Of a stretch of 64,000 nt of DNA, positions 49,470 through 60,260 are shown piece after piece. The notes under the pieces were generated by a model. It was not told the origin of the DNA. It ran no database searches and worked only from the letters and a program-made list of their open reading frames with translations. How positions within the stretch are numbered: position 1 is the first letter of the stretch; every line of letters starts with the position of its first letter. The translations under genes were made by a program, and so were the position numbers. Source of the DNA: Barthelona sp. PCE (lineage: Eukaryota); NCBI GenBank assembly GCA_040285745.1, contig JAUFOR010000004.1:310001-374000 (forward strand). Direction: 5' to 3'.

Positions 49470-50897
49470 ATGTTTGGTAACTTTGGTAACATGATGGGCG
49501 GATTTGGTGCCCCTCAACAACAGCCTCCTCAAGGTGGCATGATGAACGGTATGATGAACGGTATGGGTGGCTTCGGTGCCCCTCAAAATCAACAACCTCA
49601 ACAACCCCAACAAGGTATGGGTGGCATGTTTGGTATGATGAACGCCCAAATGGGCAATGCTATGGGTGCAGGTGCAGGCATGAATATTCCTGGAACATTT
49701 GGCAACGAAATGCAGGCTATGGTAACTGTTCAGCCAATGGCTGCAAAGGAACCACCACAAATGATCCCTATTATTCCTTCAGACTTCACATCCGACATCA
49801 AACTGAATCTACCCATGATCGGTCAGGTTACAGGAAAGGAGCACGTGTGTGGTGAGCTACAAGCAGAGCGCCAGGATGCGTCTATGTTTGGACAAACAGT
49901 CAGCACTGTGAAGTTCTTCTCATATGGTCTTGAGTTCAAGCAAGAGCAACCCAATGGACCATTCAACCGCGAGTCAATGGAAGAGGAGTTCCCCTACTAC
50001 AGTGTTCCCCCGTTCGCCAGATATGTTGGTTGTGCAAACGTCGAAGGAATCGAGACAATGCACTATAACTTTGACCTTGGGTTTGTCAACGGAGACATTT
50101 ATGTTTTCGAATCGATGTATGAGAACAAACCATTCTACGCCCTTAGATACATTAAGTTCGGTGGTATGATGACCGTCGAGATGCTTTTTGACAACTTCCG
50201 CCCTGGAGTAGATATGTCACTCTTTGAAGGTTTTGAACTTGTTCCTCCCCCAGTCTTTCCCTTATCCGTACAACTGCGTGATGCTTCTAACGGTAAAGCA
50301 GTCGATGGCGCTGCAGTTGACCTCAACGGTGTTTCAGGAAGTACTACAAACTCAAAGGTGACTCTTCAGCTCCAAGAGGGCAACTACCAATTAACAATCA
50401 CAAAGGATGGTTATCTGCAGCACACTGAGAACTTGCTTATTACAGCACCAATTCTAAAGACTGTCTACATGGTTCCAGTCATGCCTGAGGGAGAAGCACG
50501 TTGTTTGTTTTCATGGACGAAAGATAAGACTAATAATGGCTCTTATGATTTGGATTTCCATGCCTTTAAGAGAGACGGAAGCCATGTTTACTTCAGGAAT
50601 ATGAGGGCTAACGGAATTCGTTATGAGTTGGATTATCGCTCAGCACCCGGTTCAGAGACACTTCACCTTGATAACTCAGGAGAAGTTTCTATCATCATTT
50701 ACAACTACAGTGCGACCAAGAAGATGTCTGATTGTAACACTAAATTCACGGCCTTCAACAGTCGAGGAAAATGCTTTGAGATTGAGGCTACTGAAAACGC
50801 AAACACGTGGATCGTTGGAGTTTATGACACTAACACTGGTGCATTCCGTCCCATTAATAGATATACCAATGATTCCCCTACTGCTGTTTGGGAATGA
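49470..50897 (+). CDS. Multi-domain protein: M/G/Q-rich low-complexity N-terminus, beta-rich domain, PEGA/carboxypeptidase-regulatory-like domain, YfaP-like C-terminal domain
   Basis: GGFGAPQ and MMNG repeats; LRDASNGKAVDGAAV...GNYQLTITKDGY; LFSW...DLDFH...LDYRSAPGSET. Confidence 0.55.
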   Translation: MFGNFGNMMGGFGAPQQQPPQGGMMNGMMNGMGGFGAPQNQQPQQPQQGMGGMFGMMNAQMGNAMGAGAGMNIPGTFGNEMQAMVTVQPMAAKEPPQMIPIIPSDFTSDIKLNLPMIGQVTGKEHVCGELQAERQDASMFGQTVSTVKFFSYGLEFKQEQPNGPFNRESMEEEFPYYSVPPFARYVGCANVEGIETMHYNFDLGFVNGDIYVFESMYENKPFYALRYIKFGGMMTVEMLFDNFRPGVDMSLFEGFELVPPPVFPLSVQLRDASNGKAVDGAAVDLNGVSGSTTNSKVTLQLQEGNYQLTITKDGYLQHTENLLITAPILKTVYMVPVMPEGEARCLFSWTKDKTNNGSYDLDFHAFKRDGSHVYFRNMRANGIRYELDYRSAPGSETLHLDNSGEVSIIIYNYSATKKMSDCNTKFTAFNSRGKCFEIEATENANTWIVGVYDTNTGAFRPINRYTNDSPTAVWE

Positions 50898-50943
50898 TAC
50901 CATTAATTATGTGTAGATAGTAAATTTTTTTATTTTATTAATA

Positions 50944-51522
50944 CTACATCCGGAACAATACATCCTTCTCAGCTGTGCGCGTCTGGTGTGTGTGGTAGAT
51001 ACGTATCGAGTAGGGGCACAGTGATTCATCGTTCTTTCGCATCGGGAAATTTTTTAGAGGTAGGCGTTTAGATATTTCCATCAACAAGGCTCTAGATTCA
51101 TTGCTCAGCCTGTCAAGTGCCTCTTCGCCTTCATATCGGAGATCATCGATCATAATGTTAACAGCCCATGTCTCAAATGGATGAACCAGAGAAGATCTAA
51201 ATATTCTTGTCTTTACGATGCCAAAAACTATAGAAAATGTTACACCGAGAGGTTGTCCGGGGTTTTCCTTGAATTTTTGACCAACTTCTGTAATTTGAGT
51301 CTCAACATCATCATCAATTCGAAGCTGTAGTGATGCTTCTGGTACACGTAAGTATGAAATGGCCCTCTGGGGATTATCCCTGAAGATTGTGTCCACAAGG
51401 GGTTCAAAATCCCTTGAAATCGATCTACAAAAGACGACAGAATGAAAAATACTCTGCAATATGTCTTTCAAATGAAACAAATCGCAGCTTATCGTGGATA
51501 ACGAAACACTTAGCTCGTTCAT
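50944..51522 (-). CDS. ATG101: Autophagy HORMA protein ATG101
   Basis: ILQSIFHSVVFCRS, ISYLRV...LQLRIDD, PFETWAVNI and CPYSI align with ATG101 (LHTVLLHRS, TYVRV, PWEVWTV). Confidence 0.72.
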   Translation of the reverse strand: MNELSVSLSTISCDLFHLKDILQSIFHSVVFCRSISRDFEPLVDTIFRDNPQRAISYLRVPEASLQLRIDDDVETQITEVGQKFKENPGQPLGVTFSIVFGIVKTRIFRSSLVHPFETWAVNIMIDDLRYEGEEALDRLSNESRALLMEISKRLPLKNFPMRKNDESLCPYSIRIYHTHQTRTAEKDVLFRM

Positions 51523-51601
51523 AACATTGTTATATATATATATAAAGTGAAATGAGGCGAAAAAGATATTACACATATTTACACATCATTTCATCCTGAA
51601 A

Positions 51602-51994
51602 CTATGAGTATTCAAACATCATACGATCGAGTTCTTGCCGCCTCTGTTCAAATGCATCCATATCCTCCTGGGTCATTGGTTGTTCGGCCAATTTCTTCGA
51701 CTTTGTTATCTTTCTCTTCTGTTTAGTGACATCTGAAAGACGTGTGCGCACGTCTTCAGATAGATGGCCAAAACCAAGCTCTGTAATAGCAGAAAAAACA
51801 TGAGACCCATTTAACATTGATGACTTGCTCTCAGAACTAGTGTTGACTGAGGCAGCACCAAGAGTTAAGAAGAACTCATTCGCCAAATCAGTAAGAAGAA
51901 AGTTTGCTTCCTTAGATATCGTTATACTATCATCCAGTGTACGTTTTACAACGCGTTTTACGGCTGAGATTGGGAAATGTGATAGTTGGGACAT
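51602..51994 (-). CDS. H2B-type histone-fold protein, NC2-beta/DR1-like (DPB4/POLE3 not excluded)
   Basis: FPISAVKRVVK...ISKEA...EF...HVFSAITELGF, plus a tail resembling DR1. Confidence 0.7.
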   Translation of the reverse strand: MSQLSHFPISAVKRVVKRTLDDSITISKEANFLLTDLANEFFLTLGAASVNTSSESKSSMLNGSHVFSAITELGFGHLSEDVRTRLSDVTKQKRKITKSKKLAEQPMTQEDMDAFEQRRQELDRMMFEYS

Positions 51995-52367
51995 TGTAAA
52001 TTAAAAGAAGGTGAGAATTGCCAGTACCGAACCAATGCAATAGTAACCGTGTTCTTTGACATCGTTTCTTTGTTAGAAATCCTCATTTCGTCTCAACTAC
52101 CAGATAAAGTGTAAAACTAAAAAGAATCATACACAGGTAAACATAAAAGGCTTATTCGTTTAATTGAGCATGAGCCGCTCACTAAAGATGAATGATAGTT
52201 CAACATTTCACTTACAAAAAGGAAAGAAACTTATCATGACACAAAAAACATGATTAAACATCTGCTATAAAGAAAATCACCCTTTTTGCTGCACAACTCG
52301 CGGCATACATTTTTTCTCTCACCAAACTTTACTTTAAAAGCATAAAAGCATTTGCAACACTTTAATT

Positions 52368-53498
52368 ATGGAATCATCTGCTCTACTAAGCGAAAACGAA
52401 ATTCTACCCACCGTAGAACGCAAACCGTATATCATGACAGGTTTAAAAGTTTTTGTATTTGGATCTATATACGTATTCACACTCTTATGGATTTTTGTTC
52501 TTAATTTTGTCTTTGAAGGTCCTGTTGAGGTTGCAATCAAAGTTTTCCTGTCCTTAGTGCTTGTTCTCCCTGATATCATGGCCTTCAGAAACTTCCGCAG
52601 AGTACAGGAAGAGAACCCCGATCTTGATATTCGACTTTCAACCTCCGCACCCATCTTTACTGATTTCTTCATCATTGTGCTCTTCCTCGCAGGCTTATGG
52701 TCGGAATACCTCGTTGAAGACGATTACAACATTTCGATTCATTGGGGTGTTTTTGTGGGATTCTATGCCATCGCTCTCATCATTAACATGTGCTCAAAGA
52801 CCGCAAAATACACCTGCAACCAGGAGGAAGCCGGTGGTTCACTTGATCAGCTCGCTAGAATCGCAACTTACCCCATTGAGATTGTCTTCCATGTTCACGC
52901 CTATCACTATGAGACAAGGTGGAGAACGGTCAGTTACACAGACTCCAACGGAAACACCCAGACACGACAGGAGAGCTACCAGGAATGCGTCACAACGCTA
53001 TCGCTTGATGAAGTTTGTCCCATATTGTCGTGTAATGACGTTACCCCCGCGTCGCTGCTCAACCCCGATGTGTCACTGGAGCTGCTCAAGATAGACCTTG
53101 ATTTCACCATTAGCCCTGCCTCTGAACAGGACAACATTCATTTGCAGCAGAAGTATAACTATTTCAAGGATAAGTACTATAACTATGATGTTTTTGTTGA
53201 TTTCAACTTAAAGAAGCGCGTTATCGGTAAGTATTCAACATCATTCCTCAGTTATGCAGACCCCAACGCGCTTGACAACGCATGCATCTCTGTCCCAGTC
53301 ATGATGGCTATGACACTGACTCCCTGGTTCGCTTCATACACAATGAACATTGATTCGAACAGTGCTTTTGTGAAAATTCCTTATCAGAAGAGATTTAGTT
53401 TCTTCCATCAGCTCCTTCCTCAAACAACTTTATTAGTTGCTCCTTCAGTCATGCACGCTACAATGAACAATGTCCCGTATCAGGGCTCGGCAATCTAG
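52368..53498 (+). CDS. TMEM151-family membrane protein
   Basis: Four N-terminal TMs, then FHVHAYHYETRWRTVSY...QESYQECVTT (cf. TMEM151 AISYHYVRRTRQV...YHERVNT). Confidence 0.7.
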   Translation: MESSALLSENEILPTVERKPYIMTGLKVFVFGSIYVFTLLWIFVLNFVFEGPVEVAIKVFLSLVLVLPDIMAFRNFRRVQEENPDLDIRLSTSAPIFTDFFIIVLFLAGLWSEYLVEDDYNISIHWGVFVGFYAIALIINMCSKTAKYTCNQEEAGGSLDQLARIATYPIEIVFHVHAYHYETRWRTVSYTDSNGNTQTRQESYQECVTTLSLDEVCPILSCNDVTPASLLNPDVSLELLKIDLDFTISPASEQDNIHLQQKYNYFKDKYYNYDVFVDFNLKKRVIGKYSTSFLSYADPNALDNACISVPVMMAMTLTPWFASYTMNIDSNSAFVKIPYQKRFSFFHQLLPQTTLLVAPSVMHATMNNVPYQGSAI

Positions 53499-53563
53499 CT
53501 TCTTGTTAATAGTAAATCGATAGTTTCTTTTTTTATGTTACTTCTTTTTTCTACTCTTCCATA

Positions 53564-55033
53564 ATGAAAGAATTGGACTTTGAGCAGAAATTTGTTACAC
53601 ATCAGAAGTTTGGACGTAAAGCATGTGAAAGTGCCTTAAGAAAAGGTTTAGTGTACGTTTTTATTTCTGGATATGATTATTGGGCAAAAATCTTTAATGA
53701 TAATGTACTTCCGGATAATTTTACATTCGTGCAGATGTTCCGTGAGTGTATGCAACGTGACTGTGAATTTTACATAAATCCTACGGCTGCTACAACCGAG
53801 TTCATGAATAGTGTTGACAGTGGGTATATCGACCGCAACAAGACGCAGAAGAGTACAAAAAAGCCAAAGAAGCAGAGAAAAGAAGATACTCCAAGGAAAC
53901 CAAAAAAGCGTGCCTCAGATAATCTGTTGGATGTGCTATTTGTTGGTGGTAAGGATCAAGTGAAGAAGACAGATGAAGCGAAACAAGAAATTAAGACCCC
54001 AGCTACCGTATTAGACAAGAATATTGATGTTGATAGCGATACAGATGATGATACTGTCAGCGTTTTCTCTTATAACTCTCGTTTTACAGACCCTGGAAGA
54101 CTGGTCATCACGAATAACGCACAAAACGTTACCCAACAGCAGCAGCAAATACAACAGCAAGATGTGCCTCAGTTCTCACTAGAAGACATTTTAAACTGTT
54201 TTGGCTCACAGATCATGCAGTATGTAGAGAACCTGAACATAGCCAATGAGCGTGCTTGTGCGGATCTTAATGCTAGAATAGAGGAGAACCAGGAGCAGAT
54301 CAAAGAAATGGAGACAAGGTTAACAGAAAAAACGAACGAAGGTTATGAGAAAGGCCAACGTGATGCACAAAAGCAACTAAGCAGTCAGATGAACTCTATG
54401 AAAAGTAAGTTTACAACTGCTGAGAAGAAGAAGGATGATGAAATCTTGAAGCTACGTGAAGCCTTGGCAGCAGCAGAGAAGAAGCTTAGTGATCAGCAAA
54501 AAGCTCAATTTGTGAATGATGCCAGTCATGTGGATCAGATGCGTTCCCAGATGGAGGAAATTGACAAGCTAAAAGAACAGAATAGACAAGGTAAAGAGGA
54601 GCGTAAGAATTTGAGGAAGCAAATTCACCAAATGAGTGAAGAGCACCGAGCTGAGCTCAAAGGGATGCAGGAAGAGCTAAGTGCAACCAAGGAGGAGGCC
54701 ATTGAGGCACAGAGAAAGCCCCAAACACGGATGCAGAACAAGAAAGTCTATCGATCTGATGGATCCTCGATTTCTATCGTCCATGCTCAAGCCCCAGCGA
54801 CACGTGTGACTCATTCCACTGTGAAGAAGGTATCCGACAAGGGATTTGTTGATATTAGCACCATAACGGCAAAGAGGCCTAAACAGCAGCAGCCTCGTCA
54901 ACAGAAAGCCAAGCCGGAGCATGATGCTGTTCAAGAGGTTAAGATAGAGGAAGAAATGAAGGCCCGCGCCAAGCCCAAGCGAAACAACAACAAAAGGAGT
55001 ACAAAGAACAGAAAGAACAAAAAAAACAACTAA
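53564..55033 (+). CDS. Coiled-coil hypothetical protein (489 aa)
   Basis: Long E/K/Q-rich heptad region and a basic C-terminus. Confidence 0.7.
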   Translation: MKELDFEQKFVTHQKFGRKACESALRKGLVYVFISGYDYWAKIFNDNVLPDNFTFVQMFRECMQRDCEFYINPTAATTEFMNSVDSGYIDRNKTQKSTKKPKKQRKEDTPRKPKKRASDNLLDVLFVGGKDQVKKTDEAKQEIKTPATVLDKNIDVDSDTDDDTVSVFSYNSRFTDPGRLVITNNAQNVTQQQQQIQQQDVPQFSLEDILNCFGSQIMQYVENLNIANERACADLNARIEENQEQIKEMETRLTEKTNEGYEKGQRDAQKQLSSQMNSMKSKFTTAEKKKDDEILKLREALAAAEKKLSDQQKAQFVNDASHVDQMRSQMEEIDKLKEQNRQGKEERKNLRKQIHQMSEEHRAELKGMQEELSATKEEAIEAQRKPQTRMQNKKVYRSDGSSISIVHAQAPATRVTHSTVKKVSDKGFVDISTITAKRPKQQQPRQQKAKPEHDAVQEVKIEEEMKARAKPKRNNNKRSTKNRKNKKNN

Positions 55034-55041
55034 GTTTTTAT

Positions 55042-55701
55042 TCATGCTGCCACAGCGTTTCTAGTCTCTTTCTCAACCTCTTCAACAGCATCAACCTCCT
55101 CAACAACAACATCAGAAGGAGTATTATTGAGCGTTTGATTTTGTAAAGCTTCCTCTTCAGCAAATTCCAACTCCCAGGCGTTCATCTCATTCTCAATTTC
55201 TTCATCCATGTCAACTAGAGCATCATCCGTCAAGCTAAGAGCTGCAAAAGCCTCCTGGATATCGCGTTGCTCATCAACAGCGTCCTGTGCAGCATCAAAA
55301 ATGTCTTCAATGCGTTCAATGCTAATTTCTTCATTGAGCATATTGAGCAAAGTAGTACCTGATTCCATTGCCACAGCAACTTCTTGTGTCATGATGGCAC
55401 TCTCTGTGTTTGTGATGAGTGTTTCGACGTTCATCAAATGATTTTCAGCTTCTGAAAGTGCACGTTCTTGCATTTTCTTACGCTTAAGACACATTGTAGC
55501 CTTTCGTCGATCATTGGCCTTCAACGCCTCTCTAGCAAGGTCCATTTCGGTATCCAAAACTTTCTCAAGCTTCCTTGAATACCTCTTCAGACGATCCCTC
55601 TGACGCTTAAGATCAAGCATTGCTTTATCTTTATCTGTGACTTCAACAACCGGAGTCGTGTCCTCTTCGCCCCCAAAAATGCTTGAAATCCAGGTTCCCA
55701 T
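55042..55701 (-). CDS. VPS20: ESCRT-III VPS20/CHMP6
   Basis: Myristoylation-type start MGTWIS, VTDKDKAMLDLKRQRDRLKRY and a Snf7 fold. Confidence 0.9.
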   Translation of the reverse strand: MGTWISSIFGGEEDTTPVVEVTDKDKAMLDLKRQRDRLKRYSRKLEKVLDTEMDLAREALKANDRRKATMCLKRKKMQERALSEAENHLMNVETLITNTESAIMTQEVAVAMESGTTLLNMLNEEISIERIEDIFDAAQDAVDEQRDIQEAFAALSLTDDALVDMDEEIENEMNAWELEFAEEEALQNQTLNNTPSDVVVEEVDAVEEVEKETRNAVAA

Positions 55702-55751
55702 GAAAAGTAAGGGAAAAAAATAATACAAGAAATTCAATAATATTTACACCG

Positions 55752-57353
55752 TTATCTAACAATGTCCAGTGCTTTGCGATCAATTGTAACGTTGAAAGTC
55801 GGCTTAATAAAAGTACTACCAAGATCATATTGTCCGACAGAGGGATTTGATGAATAATCCTTCTTGAAGCGTTTATCTCGACCAAAGTTAGCATTCTTCG
55901 GTCTGAATCTGATCGTCTCGATATCCTTTGTCGGTTTAGGATCATAAGAACCTGGTGGGGGACCGTTATTCTTAAGATTACGTTCTGAAAAAATGCTAAC
56001 CTTGTCCCTTGCCGTCTGACAATTAAATGGCCGCCTCTTCTTGAGGAAACTCTTCTGTCCAGGAGACTTAGGATTGTATTTGAAACCGGGAGATGATGAC
56101 GGCCTCTTCTTCTTGAAACGCGGTACTGAGCTTCGGAATACGCTGTTACCTTGACTCTTTCTGAACACTGTGATCGCGCTGGGCTGCTCCTCGTAGGTGC
56201 CAGGCCCGGGTGTATCCGTTGAAAAATTAAAACCTCGAGAGACCTCCTCTCCAAAGGGAACATATTTGTGAGAGATATTCTTTTTCTCAACCTCAGTCGA
56301 TATATCCTTCACTGTCAAGTTATATGCACCAGGGGCTGGTGCAAGTGAGCGAGATGACCGGAAACGTCGATCTGTGTTGCCAAAAGCCGCCTTCTTAGCT
56401 GCTCGAACTGCAACCTTCCCATTATACAAGTCCTGCTGCGCCTCCTTATCTCTCTTGACGGCTAGGTATGACCCAGGACCAGGGACGCTATCTTTCTGAT
56501 CAACGAACCTGCTCGACGTCGATCCGAACGTGCCACACAGACCGCTCGGCTTCGAGACCCCTGTTGGGATGTAGTCTGTTGGTGCAGGCGTGCTGTCCTT
56601 GACGCTGAATATATTATGACTCGGTGTTTTGCTTGCAAAGACGCTTGATTGCCTTGTCTGTGAATAAAGCGTCTTATTCCTAATCTTCTCCATGTCCTTA
56701 CGCGTCTCCTCGCCATCATAGTAGCCAGGGCCGACGTTTTCTGACGTATTAGTCTTGATAGGCATGAATCTTGGTGCTCTGGAACGCCAAAAGCATCCAG
56801 TCTTCTTTGTGTCCTTACCAATCGCATTGTAGTCCTCCGAACGGTACTCGCCTGGTGCTGGAGTATCGTTCTTCAAGCCTGAATGACGTATTTCAACATT
56901 TTTTGCCGGCTTGATTTTTCCGTTCTCAGAGAGTACATAGCCACAAGAGTCCTTGTGTGGGATACTGGGTGCGTGTTTCTTCTTCCTTTTAGGCTTTGCA
57001 ATCGGTTTGGCACGCTTCGGTTGTCTTTTAAAAGTTTTAATTGATGATACAGAAGGATAGAAGCCTGGTCCCGGAACCTCAGACTTTGTGTGTGAAAATC
57101 GCTTCGAGGAAGACGCAAACGAGCTGTTTGGAATCTTTTTATATGGTAATGGATTTTTTGAATTACCGTAATCTCCCGGACCTGGTGTGACCAGATCCAC
57201 TTCGTTCCCGAGCTTCCTATCTGCTCTGTTACCGAAAGGAGCATGCCCGAACTTTCTCGTAGATTTTACGTCTACATTATAGCTTCCTGGACCGACTTTG
57301 TAGTCGTTTTGCACCAAATTAAAGTTCCTGGGTGCTCGAAACAGCGTCGACAT
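55752..57353 (-). CDS. SHIPPO-repeat (PGPGxY) ciliary microtubule-associated protein, STPG/ODF3-like
   Basis: More than 10 P[GA]PGxY repeats, each preceded by F-x-S-x3-RF. Confidence 0.85.
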   Translation of the reverse strand: MSTLFRAPRNFNLVQNDYKVGPGSYNVDVKSTRKFGHAPFGNRADRKLGNEVDLVTPGPGDYGNSKNPLPYKKIPNSSFASSSKRFSHTKSEVPGPGFYPSVSSIKTFKRQPKRAKPIAKPKRKKKHAPSIPHKDSCGYVLSENGKIKPAKNVEIRHSGLKNDTPAPGEYRSEDYNAIGKDTKKTGCFWRSRAPRFMPIKTNTSENVGPGYYDGEETRKDMEKIRNKTLYSQTRQSSVFASKTPSHNIFSVKDSTPAPTDYIPTGVSKPSGLCGTFGSTSSRFVDQKDSVPGPGSYLAVKRDKEAQQDLYNGKVAVRAAKKAAFGNTDRRFRSSRSLAPAPGAYNLTVKDISTEVEKKNISHKYVPFGEEVSRGFNFSTDTPGPGTYEEQPSAITVFRKSQGNSVFRSSVPRFKKKRPSSSPGFKYNPKSPGQKSFLKKRRPFNCQTARDKVSIFSERNLKNNGPPPGSYDPKPTKDIETIRFRPKNANFGRDKRFKKDYSSNPSVGQYDLGSTFIKPTFNVTIDRKALDIVR

Positions 57354-57534
57354 TGATTAGAAAGGTTTAACCTGACAAAAGTCGACAAAAAAGGATAACT
57401 TTGTGAAAACAAGTCTGGCTAAACAGTCTTATCTGAATCGTACGTATTCAGCGTTTATTCTCTGCTCACCCACATAAATTCCATGGTGTTACGGCAATGG
57501 TGTATTTCACATTCACACCCTTTTAACACACATA

Positions 57535-58098
57535 ATGTCACACCCCGACACACCAGATCTCGGAGATTTACTTGAGAGTTTCCGAGAGCACTACAATATG
57601 TGTGTAATGGATATTCGAAGCATATTTTCTCTTAGTTTTAACTATTTGGAACCCGAAGTAGCATCAGCAGTCTACGAACTCGTTGAAGAACTAAAGGCGC
57701 AGTCCGATGACCTGTGTGCACAATGGTCAGACTTATTGTATCATCTTGAAGCATATAATGAGTACTATTCTCGACGAAAAGCAAGCCAATTACACATTGA
57801 ACTGGATAGCTTCCTCATGGCTTTATTTGAAACGCTGACAGTAGTACTTAAACTCACACATCAAACAGATATTAAAGAAGAACATATAAAGTTGTTGGAA
57901 AAACTATTTCAAAGTTTGGAGGACGCTCGTTTTGTACGGAAACAGATTCATCACGATATCAAGGTGCAGCTTAAAGGTGCTCTCTTTTTAAAAAAAAGCA
58001 CGGGAAACTTTTTCACAATTATTACGAGTATTATAGTTCTTTTTGTATTGATTCTCTTCTTTAAAAAGATAATTCAAAAAGCAAAAATGAGCAACTAA
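57535..58098 (+). CDS. Tail-anchored helical protein, possibly SNARE-like
   Basis: Helical, with a single C-terminal TM (FFTIITSIIVLFVLILFF) followed by basic residues. Confidence 0.5.
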   Translation: MSHPDTPDLGDLLESFREHYNMCVMDIRSIFSLSFNYLEPEVASAVYELVEELKAQSDDLCAQWSDLLYHLEAYNEYYSRRKASQLHIELDSFLMALFETLTVVLKLTHQTDIKEEHIKLLEKLFQSLEDARFVRKQIHHDIKVQLKGALFLKKSTGNFFTIITSIIVLFVLILFFKKIIQKAKMSN

Positions 58099-58115
58099 TA
58101 TGAATACTCATGTCA

Positions 58116-58358
58116 TCATCGAGTCCGTTGAATTTTTCTTTGTAAACCCTCTTGATCTATAGTTACAGAACGTGATTTGCTTATAGCAAGGTTTCCCTGC
58201 TCATTTGGTGGCTCTTCTTGCTTTGTTTGAATCAAACTGCAATAACCACTGAATTCATCCGCCAAAGTTGGAACTTTCTCAATTTTGCCCAGTCTTTTGT
58301 ACTTTTGCAGGCTCCCCATAATCAATTGAACGTTTGCAGTCACAGATACGAATGACAT
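58116..58358 (-). CDS. Small hypothetical protein (80 aa)
   Basis: The ATG ORF fills the gap and has a pyrimidine-rich upstream leader like other genes; no firm homology. Confidence 0.45.
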   Translation of the reverse strand: MSFVSVTANVQLIMGSLQKYKRLGKIEKVPTLADEFSGYCSLIQTKQEEPPNEQGNLAISKSRSVTIDQEGLQRKIQRTR

Positions 58359-58442
58359 CTCAAAGAAAAGGAATGAAAAAGAAAATACTAGTCTTTACGA
58401 TGCCCAACGCATGAACCACTCCATGTTTATTATTAATGAATC

Positions 58443-60200
58443 CTAAATCGATATAGAAAAAATCTGTGCATTTTCAAGAACTTGCTTAATATCAACAATT
58501 TCTATTTCTATTTCAAAGCTGGTAAAAGAATTATCAAAAACTATTTTCTCCTGTGTTATGCAGAAGTCTTGGAGATACGGCTTGACGCGGATAAGCTCTC
58601 CAGCCTTTGAGCAAAACGAATGAAAAGTATTGTCGGGTAACTGAACTGTTATGCACCCCTCAACATCTGGTTCTCCATATATATAAACGAGGCTATCCAT
58701 AACCATTGCTCCAACACCTATAAAGCAGTAAGTTCTCGGCAACATGTCCCAGATGGGAAACTTTTTAAATTCAAATTTCCCATCAACATATCTCACAAAA
58801 TAGTGATACGGAGAAGTCCACCCCAATATCACCGCCTCATTCACCGCAAATTGGTTCACCATCATACGATCGAAACTCCCACTGAACATCATTTCATCTT
58901 TTCTCTCAACATTACTATCACAATCCAGAAAACATATAGCAAGAGTACTTACCTGATCTACGTTATGACTCAAACTCCACATACAGTTTCCACATATCTC
59001 ATACTTACAATATACTTCCTCAACACCGTTCAATATTGTATCGGGAGCCAAGCAAACATGGTTGGCGTTAAAAACGATTTCTTCATCATTAGAGTTTGCA
59101 CGGATCTCTTCAGTGTCTATTAATTCCGTGTATGTGTAATCATCGTTGTTCATGAGGTGAATAGCCATGCACCATTCGCTTATATCTGGATTGTAAAAAG
59201 AGGTCATTTTCAAACAATCGATTTTGGGCGGAAAGAAATACATCTTGCTGTAGTCCGAGTGTACATTTAAAACCAATTGATAGTTGATATGTGCGCCTAA
59301 ATTCAAGGAATCATCAAATTGCTGCAAGACACAACTCTTATGCACCACAAAGCTGCATCTGTACATTATACAGTCACATATGTTGTGGTATATGCCCTCG
59401 CTAAAGTGGTACATCTCGTTTCCAATACAAATGAACTCCGTGGGTTTATAACCCGAGACATCGTAATGAAAAGTCTGGGTCTCCTGATCATATAACTTCA
59501 GCGTACCCTCGTTACGAAGAATAAAAAACATGTGGCCTTGTAAACGTATAAAACTGGAACACTTATCATCATCAGAAGATGGGAAATCTTGATCAAAGAC
59601 ACCATCATCATGCACGATGATTTTGTTGTCACCGGGTGTGAGATCAACAAAAGAACCCTTGACGTTCATAAGAGGATGATCGGTGCTGAAAAAGGGGTTA
59701 CCTTCATCATCATAAGTAAGCTTATCTTTGATCACATCTTCTTTTTGAATAAATAAAGTGTCATTTTGGACAAAAAGACCCTGAAAATCGTCGTACAAAC
59801 GCCCTTCAACGCCATCAAAAGTGACAGCAATTCGATCAGCGTTGGAAAACTTAAAAAAATAATCTTGACCATCAACAGTTGTAAACAAACATAAATTCCT
59901 GTTGATAACGTACTCAAAGTTAGCAATATTCTCACCAACATCAAAACATCCCGTTTCAACAAACGCACCTTCATCAAAGCTAAATAAGTGCACAAAAGGC
60001 TTATGATAATAAAAGAATAAGGTTGAGTCTTCAACAGATTGAATGAGAGGTTCACCTGAGGGTGCAGATATCTTTTTATCGGAATGAGTGATGCAACACA
60101 TTTTGGTATTCAATGAATCATCATTATTGAACACTATGAGATGTTCCTGATGGATTTCGAAGTTACAAGACTTGCCAATGTGTCTTAAAAGCCTCGGCAT
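58443..60200 (-). CDS. Hypothetical beta-rich (propeller-like) protein
   Basis: ~585-aa ORF rich in aromatic and beta-strand residues. Start 60200 is preceded by CCCTTTCA. Confidence 0.65.
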   Translation of the reverse strand: MPRLLRHIGKSCNFEIHQEHLIVFNNDDSLNTKMCCITHSDKKISAPSGEPLIQSVEDSTLFFYYHKPFVHLFSFDEGAFVETGCFDVGENIANFEYVINRNLCLFTTVDGQDYFFKFSNADRIAVTFDGVEGRLYDDFQGLFVQNDTLFIQKEDVIKDKLTYDDEGNPFFSTDHPLMNVKGSFVDLTPGDNKIIVHDDGVFDQDFPSSDDDKCSSFIRLQGHMFFILRNEGTLKLYDQETQTFHYDVSGYKPTEFICIGNEMYHFSEGIYHNICDCIMYRCSFVVHKSCVLQQFDDSLNLGAHINYQLVLNVHSDYSKMYFFPPKIDCLKMTSFYNPDISEWCMAIHLMNNDDYTYTELIDTEEIRANSNDEEIVFNANHVCLAPDTILNGVEEVYCKYEICGNCMWSLSHNVDQVSTLAICFLDCDSNVERKDEMMFSGSFDRMMVNQFAVNEAVILGWTSPYHYFVRYVDGKFEFKKFPIWDMLPRTYCFIGVGAMVMDSLVYIYGEPDVEGCITVQLPDNTFHSFCSKAGELIRVKPYLQDFCITQEKIVFDNSFTSFEIEIEIVDIKQVLENAQIFSISI

Positions 60201-60260
60201 GCTCAAAAGGTTTTGAAAGGGTATATAAACAAAGAAATAGCTCACTAACTTGACTAATAT

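Noticed and set aside
58116-58358. Resemblance of the 80-aa ORF to G-protein gamma subunits
   Set aside because: It has no CAAX end or NPF motif, and the similarity is too weak.
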